From positions 1-45,011 of the forward strand of contig JAUCBJ010000814.1 of the NCBI GenBank assembly GCA_032718475.1: DNA of 45,011 nucleotides, written 5' to 3'. Source of the DNA: Nemertoderma westbladi (taxonomy: Eukaryota; Animalia; Xenacoelomorpha). Position numbers and translations under genes: made by a program. The notes beneath the pieces are model-generated. The model was given only the letters and a program-made list of their open reading frames with translations, made no database searches and was not told the DNA's origin. Of the stretch, positions 1 through 10,000 are shown piece after piece; the stretch's first letter is position 1, and each line of letters starts with the position of its first letter.

Positions 1-56
1 TAGTTACACCATGTTTCTCTAGTTACACCATGTTTCTCTAGTTATGCACCATGTTA
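1..56. repeat. Short 19-bp tandem repeat (TAGTTACACCATGTTTCTC), possibly truncated by the window edge
   Basis: Two exact units at 1-38 plus a diverged third unit. Confidence 0.7.
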
Positions 57-1204
57 CAAACTAGCCACAAACCCAGGCATCCAGCCACAAACAAACAAAC
101 TAATAATAGCTACAGGAACACGAGCTAAATGCTTTAAGAAAACAATGGAATTGTAGCAGCCAGTATGATGTTTTATAATGAATTTCAATACAAACTGAAA
201 GTTTAGCCAACCATTTATTCTCCGGACTACAGCCGGAATATAGGCCTACACTGGCAAACTATGTTAAGTCATCGATTTGGCTTTTTTGCCATACCAAGTT
301 TGGGCTTTCTAAGCAAAAAATACACTTGTACAGTAACATGACAGAAGCGACAAGTGCGATTTTATCAATATCTTGCACTTTGGCGTTTTTACCACAACTC
401 CTACTCTTAATTTGCAATTCTCACTTTGGCTAAGACACATCTCTTTTCTGAAGCAGTGGATGTTAGTATCACTTTGACGTTTATATCACACCTCCCTAAG
501 GTACTCTAGTACAAATTTCAGTTAAAACCTCATTTTAGCCAAAATGGCACTTTGGCTGTTCGCCATATCACCGACGATATAAACACGAAACAGGTAGATT
601 ACACAGTGTGTAATTTTATTATCGAATTTTTATATTAATTTACTTTTACTTCATTTAAGTAATAAAAATTTTAACTTTACTTAACGCCGTTAGTATTAAC
701 AACGAATTGTTGTTGTTATATAGCACTACTTGTACAGTAGCACAAGAGTAGCACTGGCCTAATATAATATATTTGTAAATTCAAGAGAGACGATACATTG
801 CTAGGGAGCTTTACAATGAAACTGAACCTAAACCTGAATCTTCTTTACATGGCTTTACCATTTGGTTACCTCGCTAAGAATATAATTATAAACTATAACT
901 CATGTAGTTTCTGACTAATTAGTTGTTATATGTAGGCCTACTGTACTTTACCACTATCGATCTCTGGATCACTTGGAATAGCACTAAGTAAAGTGCTACT
1001 TTATAATACAGGTATAATGAAAATAGTCAATTAATATCGGTTCTCATAAAAATATCTATGTATTAATTAATAATTACATTAATTTAGGATTAATTTGTGC
1101 CAAAGAAAGAGTGAAAACTCATGAAAATGGAATCGTATTTACTATTGCGGGTTGCGTGGCATTTCAAAATGATGTAGTATTTGGATTGGTACTGCATTTT
1201 TTTT

Positions 1205-1445
1205 TCCAATTCAAGGTTCTGTTTTCAGCTACAATATCTAAGAGGAGCATCTGTAAATCTGCAAGAGCCCAGCAAGGATTGCCATAGAGCCGCAAAATTA
1301 CTAGTTGTAATTTCCTCCACAGCTGCACGGAAAAGCTGCAATTTAAAGAGCTTTAAGGATGCTTTCATTTTGCGGATGCAGGGGTCATCTACCGAACATC
1401 TTTCTCAACCATGAGCACAGATAAAAGAAATAATTGCTGTAATAT
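1205..1445 (-). pseudogene. Decayed non-LTR retrotransposon (RTE-like) post-RT fragment
   Basis: Mixed-frame minus-strand translation gives YFFYLCSW, LKLFKLQLFRAAVE and RLYGNPCWAL. These resemble the RTE motifs FKYLGSW, LKIRLFRATVE and LLYGCESWTL. Stops and frameshifts are present. Confidence 0.35.
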
Positions 1446-1547
1446 TGATGTTGAAACATTGAATTAGACAGATAGGCGGACATCCCACAAGGATTTTATG
1501 CTTACTAAACGTTATAGAAGAGTGACTTACATCATAGTCCCATATGC

Positions 1548-1603
1548 TAAATATAATTTGAAAATAAGGTAGCACTTTGTGACGGTTTGTATTGTAAACA
1601 TAT
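1548..1603 (+). repeat. Left half of the dispersed AT-rich repeat (copy A) interrupted by the LTR element
   Basis: AAATAAGGTAGCACTTTGTGACGGTTTGTATTGTAAACATAT aligns with the uninterrupted copy at ~21440-21480 and continues at 20327. Confidence 0.8.
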
Positions 1604-2781
1604 TGTAAAAGCTTTTGCGTCATTAACCGGTTATTTTCCCTTAAAGTACTCTGTGGTTGGTTTACCAGGCATAAAAAGGCCGTGTCCTTGCTGTACTGGT
1701 GTTTTAGAGGACATAAACGTCATTTCTTCTGTATTTGTACTTTAGAGGACATAATCCGCAATCTCGTGACGCGATAAGCTAGATACTCTTGAAAACAGTG
1801 TCGCTACCATGACGACGGCTAGCAGCTGATATTGCCACGTCGACATTTCTTTGTTTCTTTGTTCTCTCGTTGTTCGGTTGACCAATCAGAGCGTTTTTTG
1901 TCTCTGTGTTGGAGGTGTATACAGAACTCAGTAGTTCAGTGTTATGTTTTTTGCCCAGAGCCTAAGAACACCGGCTTTTGGCACCTCCATATATCAGCAT
2001 TCTTTAGCTTTACATTAGTAGGCTTAATTATAGAACGTATATCTGTTATCATACTAACCAAACGACTAACTCGAGTTACTGAGTTAATTCACTCACTTAA
2101 TAATCATTTATGCATTAACTTTACTGCTTTTACTGTCGGTTATTCATTATATTGGTTGATGAAATATTATATCGGAATACTGATCAATAATCAGACACCC
2201 AACCTTCTTGATATACTAAAGGTTAGAGAGACCGGTTACAGATAAACGATTGCGACCTATGTTAAGTGGTTTGAAGTGAATCTAATGCTATTTCATATGC
2301 CCAACATAAATTGTCTGTTGCTCTCTTTATACGTGACTAAATTTAGTGAAGGTCGGCAGATTAGTGTGCAGTATTGTGCAGCATTGTGTATGAGTGTAAC
2401 TGATAACAAAGCATCTCCTAAAGAATGCGCCATATACGTGAATCTATAACCTTTTCGTTGTGTCTAGTTTAAGCCATAACTCTGTTTACATATTTAGAGC
2501 GCCACGTCCTAAAGGAACTGTTAATATTTCCCGAAAGTGAATAATATTTGTCAGAGATTATATATTACGATCAGTCGAATAATACAGTAGGCTTACATCA
2601 TCAATCATTAAGCTCCGAACTCAGTCTCCCGGGTATATCCAACGGGTGAATGATTGCGCATAGACTGGCTTCGGCTAATGTAGTGTATCAAATACTCGTC
2701 ATAGGCTAAAGACTATCTATCATCCAAAAGACATTCTAATTTTGGCAGGTTAAACTGTCAAAGGTCTTAAAAGCGCAAACA
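1604..2781 (+). repeat. 5' LTR
   Basis: TGTAAAAG...GCAAACA. Direct repeat of 19149-20326 with 3 substitutions seen by eye (~1989, ~2333, ~2464). Confidence 0.97.
1878..1945 (+). promoter_or_regulatory. Putative LTR promoter and transcription start region
   Basis: CCAAT box (GACCAATCAG) at ~1880-1889, weak TATA-like GTATACA at ~1916, and two initiator-like TCAGT motifs at 1928 and 1936. The start site is inferred, not shown. Confidence 0.4.
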
Positions 2782-3051
2782 ATAACAGTTATAGCTTCTG
2801 GATTGCGGTGTAAGCAATCTAGTCGAAAGTACCGGTCAACCGGAAACCTGACTGCCTGATCATCCGAACCGGTACTTATAGTACAGGTACAGCAGTATTA
2901 TTCGATTTGATTATTATATGCCGGTAGGTCTTAATAATTAATCGGGGACGCCTGGTTTTTATTGGGATTTTACTTAGGCCTATTTCTGTCAGTTTTATTT
3001 ATTTGTAGGCCAGTATTGAGCAGAAGGCGTGTAAGCCTGCTCAGATTGTAC

Positions 3052-3625
3052 AGATAATTTGTAGGCTTGACTGTTGGCTAACTGTTGATTAGGTCTGAAC
3101 GGATTGCAGTGCATGTAGAGTGTATGTCCGATAAAGAACGGTTAGGAAGTAGGGGCAGCCATAGCTGTAAGGTAAACCCCCATCTAAAGAATAAGTCGTA
3201 CTACTGGGTTAGAACGCATACTACTTAACCATTTCGGAGTCTGCATGTCCTGTGGTTTATTTAGGCTTGATAGTAGTCTGCCATCGTTTAGTCTGTACTT
3301 TGTTTGTGTAGTCTGTACGGGTAGCGTATAATTTTATTTAGATAATTCGTAGGCTGGATAGTTGTCTGGCTGCTGTTGGGTTTGAGGAAATTTCGGTGTG
3401 TGTAAAGCATCTGTCCGATAAAGAACGGTTAGGAAGTAGGGGCAGCCATAGCTGTAAGGTAAACCCCCATCTAAAGAATAAGTCGTACTACTGGGTTAGA
3501 ACGCATACTACTTAACCATTTCGGAGTCTGCATATACCGTAGTTTGTTTAGGCTTGATAGTAGTCTGTCAGTATTTGGTCTGCATTTTGTTTGAGTAGTT
3601 TGTACGCGTAGCGTAATATTTATTA
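3052..3625 (+). repeat. 287-bp tandem duplication in the 5' leader with an identical ~120-bp core
   Basis: TGTCCGATAAAGAACGG...TTTCGGAGTCTGCAT is identical at 3125-3246 and 3412-3533. The flanks are alignable but diverged. Confidence 0.9.
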
Positions 3626-4580
3626 TTCAGAGTTTATGCTATTATTCGCAACATTCATTCCCCAAGTTTATTCCTACAGTAATTGTGTTTGTTATACATA
3701 CTGTTATAGTTAAACTAACCCCGGTACTACATCAGGGCTGCTCGGCGTAGGTAAAGACTGGAGATTTTGTGCTTTGGTCACTCCGGCAGATACCGTGGTT
3801 CTTTTAGCTGTTCAAGTATTTTTAACTACTGATTATTTGTTGTACAAGTACTTGTACCTAATTTAGGGTTTAGTGTACAGTACTTTCCGAAGGTGATTAG
3901 TGTGTAGGCAGTGTATTTGTGTTGTAAAGTGGTTAATAGGCACGTTGGTTCTGGTAGACCGCGGTAATTAATCTCTAGGTAGGGACACTCCGTGATACAT
4001 AACGTAGTACCTATAGCGATACGGTTATAGGTCGTCAGGCGGTGGTATTTTCCTATCTGGACAACGCAGTATATTTACTACTACTTATTATTTTCAAATA
4101 CCGTAGTAACCTGTCCGTTGTAATAACCAGATATTATAACCCTTTGTTAGGCTGGTTAGTAGACTTCTTGTAAAATTACCCTAAAAATTTGTATTTGTGT
4201 ATTTGTAATTAAATTTTTGTGTTTACTTAGAGATTGTAATCTCAACCCGAATTGTACGTAATTTGTAGTATTAAGTAACTTAGTTAAATTAGAATTATTT
4301 GTTTTAGTGTCCAACAAGTAGCACTCCACTGAGAGCGCACAGCTTATGTGTAGTGACTCCCCCAGAAATAATAACATTTATTTCAAACATTGACAAAACC
4401 CATTAAACGGGTATATATATATTATAAATCAACTCAAACGATTTATAAATAGTAGGCCTGCCATATAATAATTAGGTCTCAATATCAGTTGGACTACTGC
4501 TTAAATAACGGTAATAAAGTAAGTTAAAGTAACCAAGTAACCATTAAAATTCAGAAATTCAATTATTTAAAATAATTGAT

Positions 4581-4825
4581 ATACCGGTATTTACAATAGG
4601 CTTATTACCTTTATTTTCATAAACTTAAGCTGAAATCATACCGGTATTCTGTAATTAATTCTAGTTAATAATTATACTTATATATACTATAAGTGTAAAC
4701 TGCATACCGGTATCCACGATAGGCCTATTATATATTTATATATATTTGTGCTAAAATTATATACCGGTTTCTGTGAAAAACCTAGTCTGTAATAATACTT
4801 ATATATACCATAAGTATACCGGTAT
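4581..4825. repeat. Array of five ATACCGGT(A/T)T palindromic motifs at ~55-66 bp spacing
   Basis: Motifs at 4581, 4638, 4704, 4761 and 4816, with a ~120-bp higher-order duplication. Confidence 0.75.
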
Positions 4826-4956
4826 TCTAATATTATATATCACGCTACACTGAGTAGCAGTATCGGTAATTAATTACTAGGCTAGCAGTTAACACTGAAT
4901 TCCTAGACTTGCTTAGACTGTAATATAGCAGTAGACATTCAACTGTGTAAACAAAC

Positions 4957-5235
4957 ATGTCTGATACTAAGCAGAACATGTCAGACAGTTTATTAGATGT
5001 AACTATCTGCGACTCAGATAAGGGTGTAGAACCGTCTAGTCCTAAGTTCAGTTCACCTCCCACTGTGAGGAAGGTCATCCCTCCAGTAGTAATAACAGAA
5101 CCGAGGCTGGTCCAACATCGTAGGTCTATCATAGGCACTCGAGCTCAGGTCAAGCGGGACCAAGAAGCAGCGGAACAGCAACAACCCGCGAGCCAAGAAC
5201 TTATTTCTCAGCGGCCCAACAGCTCCAGTAGTTAG
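4957..5235 (+). CDS. ORF0, 92 aa, Ser/Pro-rich; probable N-terminus of ORF1 (same frame, one TAG between them)
   Basis: Same frame as 5272-7077. The 12 codons between the TAG (5233) and the ATG (5272) are open. Base composition changes to coding-like at ~4957. Confidence 0.6.
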   Translation: MSDTKQNMSDSLLDVTICDSDKGVEPSSPKFSSPPTVRKVIPPVVITEPRLVQHRRSIIGTRAQVKRDQEAAEQQQPASQELISQRPNSSSS

Positions 5236-5271
5236 GATACTGTAGAGCTGACACCCGAGCGCGGAGCAAAG

Positions 5272-7077
5272 ATGACGGATGCGGTTTATTCGGATCCCCT
5301 TCTCATCCTTCCTGCAGCCGTACTCACTAGGTTATTGATCGCTGTGGAAGAACACCAGATCGATTGGGCGAGAAGTAAGCGATCAACTAAAGATAGTTAT
5401 GAGGGATACACAAGGGAAGAACTGAAGTCTATGGTCGAGTCGCAATGGAACTTCCCCGGACCCGGACTCCCGTTTGAATTATCAGAAGCTGCCTGGGAAG
5501 ACATACACCGGATGGGAGTAGCCAAGGAAACCATCGATCCAGCTGTGTGGAAGAGGTCCGCAGCCGGATACGCACAGGGATTCTTCAGCTCTATGGAGCG
5601 AGTAAAAGAACAACTGTTTCAACAACCTCAAGGACCTCAAGAGCAGGGACAACTGCTTTATCAAGTTAGAGAAAGAATTCTGCGAATTAGGCTAATCTTA
5701 TCGGCCTTCGAGGAGGCTTCTAAAAGAAGACAAGACACGTCGTTGCAAGTTGCCGTAAAGACTTGGTTTCAACGGGTGAGTCGCCAGGTTCAAGGAACAG
5801 CTCAGTGGAAAGCTCAGCTGGAGGAGCGCTCAACCCATGGAGAATCAACAGACGCTACTTTTTCCCAAGTGGAAAGTGAAGCGACGGCAGAGAAACCGCA
5901 TAAGAGGGATGCCATTGACATCTATCTGTCAGACTATCAACGTTTTTTAGGTGATGAAGAGTTGAGGAGAAGGTTAGAGGGGCTTAGCCCTAATAGTGAA
6001 GGAGCCCAGCGTGTGTTCGACGCAATCGATGTGGATAGGTTAGCTGCGAACCAAGCTAAATTCAATGAAAGCATCCGCATCGCTAAGGTTCAAGAAGAAC
6101 AAGTAAAGAAAAAACGTATAGAAGATAGAAAGAAAGCGGCAGAGGCAGCGGCAGAGGCAAAAGCGGCAGCGGCAGAGGCAAAAGCGGCAGCTGCAGCAGT
6201 AGAAGCCAAAAGAAAGGCGGCCGAAGCGGAAAGAAAAGCGGCAGCTGCAGCAGTAGAAGCCGAAAGAAAGGCGGCCAAAGCGGAAAGAAAGGTGGCAGCT
6301 GCAGCAGTAGAAGCCGAAAGAAAGGCGGCCGAAGCGGAAAGAAAAATAGCAGTGGCAGAAGCAGAACGGAGGGCATCTGAAGAGACAACCCAACTAGAGT
6401 TGGAAAATCTTCAAGAGAGACAAGACAACTTTAATAAACAGTTAACAACTAGTAATATGCAGATGATGAATAGATCTACTCCCAAAAGACAGGGTTATAC
6501 ATCATCTGAGGAAGGCGATACCACCGATCCTGAAGGAGGAGGAAATCGATCTCGCCTAAGCAGACGTAAAAGAACATCCCACTGTCAGAAATTGCCTGAT
6601 TTGCCTCCAGCTGTTAGAAGGCAACTAAATAACACCAACTTAGGCAGTACAGAACCCACAGACCAAATAATTACAATAGAGAGACTCCCTACTATAGTAG
6701 ATGAGCCTGAAATAGTTAGGCCTGTTCCCGAAGCCACCCTTTCGGTCGTAGAGACACCTGTACTCCCTGAACCTACCTCTCAATTCCCGTTGCACAGCAC
6801 TAAGCTACCTGTGCCCAGCAGAACAGCCCATGAGACAGTTCATGCCCTGGACTCCGAGCGAAATATTCATGATTTGTCGCCCGTTGTCCCTCGTCCGCCC
6901 GCTACAACGTTGGCGGATCCCGTTTCGGCGGTTGATTGGGTGGACGAGAGACGGCGGGGGATGGACATTGGACATTCTCCTCGAAAAGATGGAGGAGAAT
7001 CGAGTACGCTCCTCCCAACAGGTCCGAGAGTTAGAAGGGACTGTTCAACAGTTAAAGGGAACCGTAAAGGAAAGTAG
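5272..7077 (+). CDS. ORF1, 601 aa, helical/coiled-coil protein with Ala-Glu-Lys repeats; probable extended N-terminal part of Gag
   Basis: Long ORF inside the LTRs upstream of the Gag core, overlapping ORF2 in another frame. No catalytic motif recognised. Confidence 0.8.
   Translation: MTDAVYSDPLLILPAAVLTRLLIAVEEHQIDWARSKRSTKDSYEGYTREELKSMVESQWNFPGPGLPFELSEAAWEDIHRMGVAKETIDPAVWKRSAAGYAQGFFSSMERVKEQLFQQPQGPQEQGQLLYQVRERILRIRLILSAFEEASKRRQDTSLQVAVKTWFQRVSRQVQGTAQWKAQLEERSTHGESTDATFSQVESEATAEKPHKRDAIDIYLSDYQRFLGDEELRRRLEGLSPNSEGAQRVFDAIDVDRLAANQAKFNESIRIAKVQEEQVKKKRIEDRKKAAEAAAEAKAAAAEAKAAAAAVEAKRKAAEAERKAAAAAVEAERKAAKAERKVAAAAVEAERKAAEAERKIAVAEAERRASEETTQLELENLQERQDNFNKQLTTSNMQMMNRSTPKRQGYTSSEEGDTTDPEGGGNRSRLSRRKRTSHCQKLPDLPPAVRRQLNNTNLGSTEPTDQIITIERLPTIVDEPEIVRPVPEATLSVVETPVLPEPTSQFPLHSTKLPVPSRTAHETVHALDSERNIHDLSPVVPRPPATTLADPVSAVDWVDERRRGMDIGHSPRKDGGESSTLLPTGPRVRRDCSTVKGNRKGK
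6130..6370 (+). repeat. Coding minisatellite: 21-nt (AAAEAKA) and 54-nt (AAAAAVEAERKAAEAERK) units
   Basis: Three near-identical 54-nt units preceded by 21-nt units, all frame-preserving. Confidence 0.9.
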
Positions 7078-10000
7078 GTTAGAGTTGCAAGAAGTACAGC
7101 AAAATATCGCGCTAGAACGTGATAAATTAGTAAATTTACAAAAGGGTATACCACCACTCCTTGCAACAATGTGTCAACCTGTTAGGTCTGAAGTATCTCA
7201 TGCGCAAGGTGTGGAGCCTACACGCATCTATACTGCTAGCGAAGTAGAAACTCCTATAGTGAACCCTATTAAGGGTAATTATAGACCTGTTGATAATGAT
7301 ATTCCCTATAGACCGGATCATAATCCGAGAAATTTATATACCGATAACTCGATATTAAATAACACGATGGCCCAAGAAAGTTTTACGCGTCAAATGGCTA
7401 GAACCGAAGCCCGGCAAGCGGTAAAGGTGGGAGAGATCGTCAAGTTCAATGGAAATGAGATGAAATGGTTACCTTTTGATGAATATTACAAAGATAACAT
7501 ACAGAACTCTGTGCTATCTAATGGAGAGAAACTTAGATTCCTCATCGAGTGCTTGGAAGGATCTCCCAAGTTAATGGCGTTAAAGTTTATTGGACATCCT
7601 GACGGATTAAGACAAGTTTGGGATACACTAAACATCAGGTATGGTAATAGGAATAACATAGCTGGGTATTTGTATGCAAAGTTGGTAGCGCCCCGAAAGT
7701 TTATTAGCAGCGGAATTATAGAGTTTTCCGATGAGATTCAGGAGATCTGCAGACAATTAGATTGGCTAGGTAAGTCTCATGAGTATCAGAATGCTATGGT
7801 TATTAGAGCAGTGGCTTCTACTTTACCGAAGGGTGGAGTAGGTACACGCTGGGATAAGAAAGTGCTATATATGATGGAACAACAACGACGAGACCCTACC
7901 ATGGCTGATCTCATGTCATTCCTAGATGGAGAAGTGAAATTACAGCTCCTGAAACTGTCCAGAGAGAAGACACCGGAAAACAAGGTAAGTGAAAAACCCG
8001 TCGCTAGGAGAAAGGTAACACCAGTGTGTTATACAGATGATGGCGAAAGCCAGACTTCTCAAGGAGAAGATAGCGGGAAAGACACTGACAGATCTTATTA
8101 CGTAAATAAAATGCCTAAAGATCAGGTAGGTAAATTCAAGTCTCGAACAAATGACAGGAGAGGACAGGTAAGAAAAACTCCTCCTACGTCTCCCAAGAGA
8201 ATTCAGGTGAGAAAGCCCAAAGAAAAAACAAGTGTACACAATGTTACTCAGAGTAAGGTGAGTAACATCAAACCGAAATGTGCGCTATGTGATGGGACCC
8301 ATCGCTTAAATATGTGTGATGAATTTCTAAAGAAATCATTAACTGAGAGACGTGAAGTCATGTGGGATAAGCGGTTGTGTTATAATTGCCTCAGACATGG
8401 ACACCAACGGCGAACCTGTTACTCTGACACAAGATGTGCCAAGTGCGGTGCGAAACATCATATCTTGTTGCACACTGAATTCGAGCGAAATAGTCCGAGT
8501 CAGGTAAGTGATTCCGAACTACATGTCCAATTCAGTGATGTGAACGACACTGATCAATCTGAGATGGAAGGATTCTATACGGACGAGTTCTCCGACGAAA
8601 ACGAATCCTGTTACACGATAAATACCACAGTGTATCGAGCACTCACATATGAAAGAGATACGGACAGCGACCTTACCCTAACTACTTCTGATCAACAACC
8701 ATTTTGGAAAGCGCCAACTTCCAATGTAGGGATTAGAGAATTTCCTGTGGTACAGGTAAGGGTCCACGGACCAAAAAGGAGTTATGTAGTGAACGCCCTC
8801 CTTGACTCCGGTAGTACAGGAACATTCCTCGACAAAGAGCTAGCCGAAGACATATTCGATGGACAACCCAAGTTCCGAACTAAGCTAAACATGTCAGGAA
8901 TTATGCAAGTTTGGAAATCCACAGTAACAGCGGATTATTATGTAGGTGCGTTGTCCACCCCCCAGGATGAACTAGGAGAACGTAGCATAAGGTCAGTGAA
9001 AATGGTGGCTATAAAGAATTTCGCTACTACTCAAGCAGACCTTTATAATTGGGACGAGGATGAGAGCATTCAATATCTTAAGATACCTCGATTCCAGACT
9101 GATTATCCTGGAGTGCAAATACTCATCGGCCAAAACGCGCATGAGGTGCTCGAGACATTGGAGAAACGGCCTGCTCAACCGCAGCCACTACAGACCTATG
9201 CGGTAAGAACTAGAGTAGGTTGGTACTTTACTGGCCCTTCCCGTAGAACTCTCATGGAAAGATTACCGAAAGATCAGGTATATCAAGTGCGAGAATGGGA
9301 AGTTGAGAACAGTGAGTTCGACGATCCAACTGAGGGAACTCCATACTCCTCAGACAACGACGATATACATCAACTTTTTGATGAGGAGAATGCCATCGAT
9401 CACCTTAAGGAAAGCGAGACTTGGCAAAATCAAGTGAACTTATGTCAACTCCTTCACCCATCTGAGCGAGACGACTATAACGACGAGCTTAATGACGTCA
9501 TTGAACGTTATAATGCCAAGACTCGGGATGAACATGCCGTGAGATTCTTTACTCAAGAGGTCGTAGAGCCCAACTCCTACGATAAGGCCCTATCGGTGGA
9601 GGAAGAAAGAGCCAAGCAGATCCAAGCGACAACTACTCGTTTTCTTAAAGATCAAGGTAGGTATGAGATCGGACTTCCTTTCCAAAAGCGAGAACCAAAG
9701 TTTATTAACAACAGACCTTTGGCGGAGAAAAGAATTGCTCAATTACATCGACGCCTTACGGCAAATTCTTCAGCTAAAGAAATGTATAAAACACAGTTGA
9801 AGAAGTTTATTAGCAAGGGATATGCGGAGCTAGTACCGGAAGAAACCCCTATAACTGAGAGAACGTATTACTTAACTCACCATTACGTTCCCAAACCCGG
9901 TAAACCCCATGAAGTACGAGTGGTGTTTGACGGTTCCGCCCTTTATATGGGCCAATCTCTTAATTCTGAATTGTTACCCGGACCCAACTTACTCCAATCC

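Noticed and set aside
1832-2245. 137-aa ORF duplicated at 19377-19790
   Set aside because: It lies within the LTRs, has a TTG start and no motifs. The duplication simply reflects LTR identity.
2857-2874. TGATCATCCGAACCGG, resembling a tRNA-Tyr-type PBS (TGGTCCTTCGAGCCGG)
   Set aside because: It is 75 nt from the LTR edge, lacks the TGG needed to pair with CCA, and has several mismatches. At most a relic or a chance match.
6040-6393. Antisense Cys/Phe-, Leu/Pro- and Ala-rich ORFs
   Set aside because: These are shadow frames of the ORF1 coding repeat.
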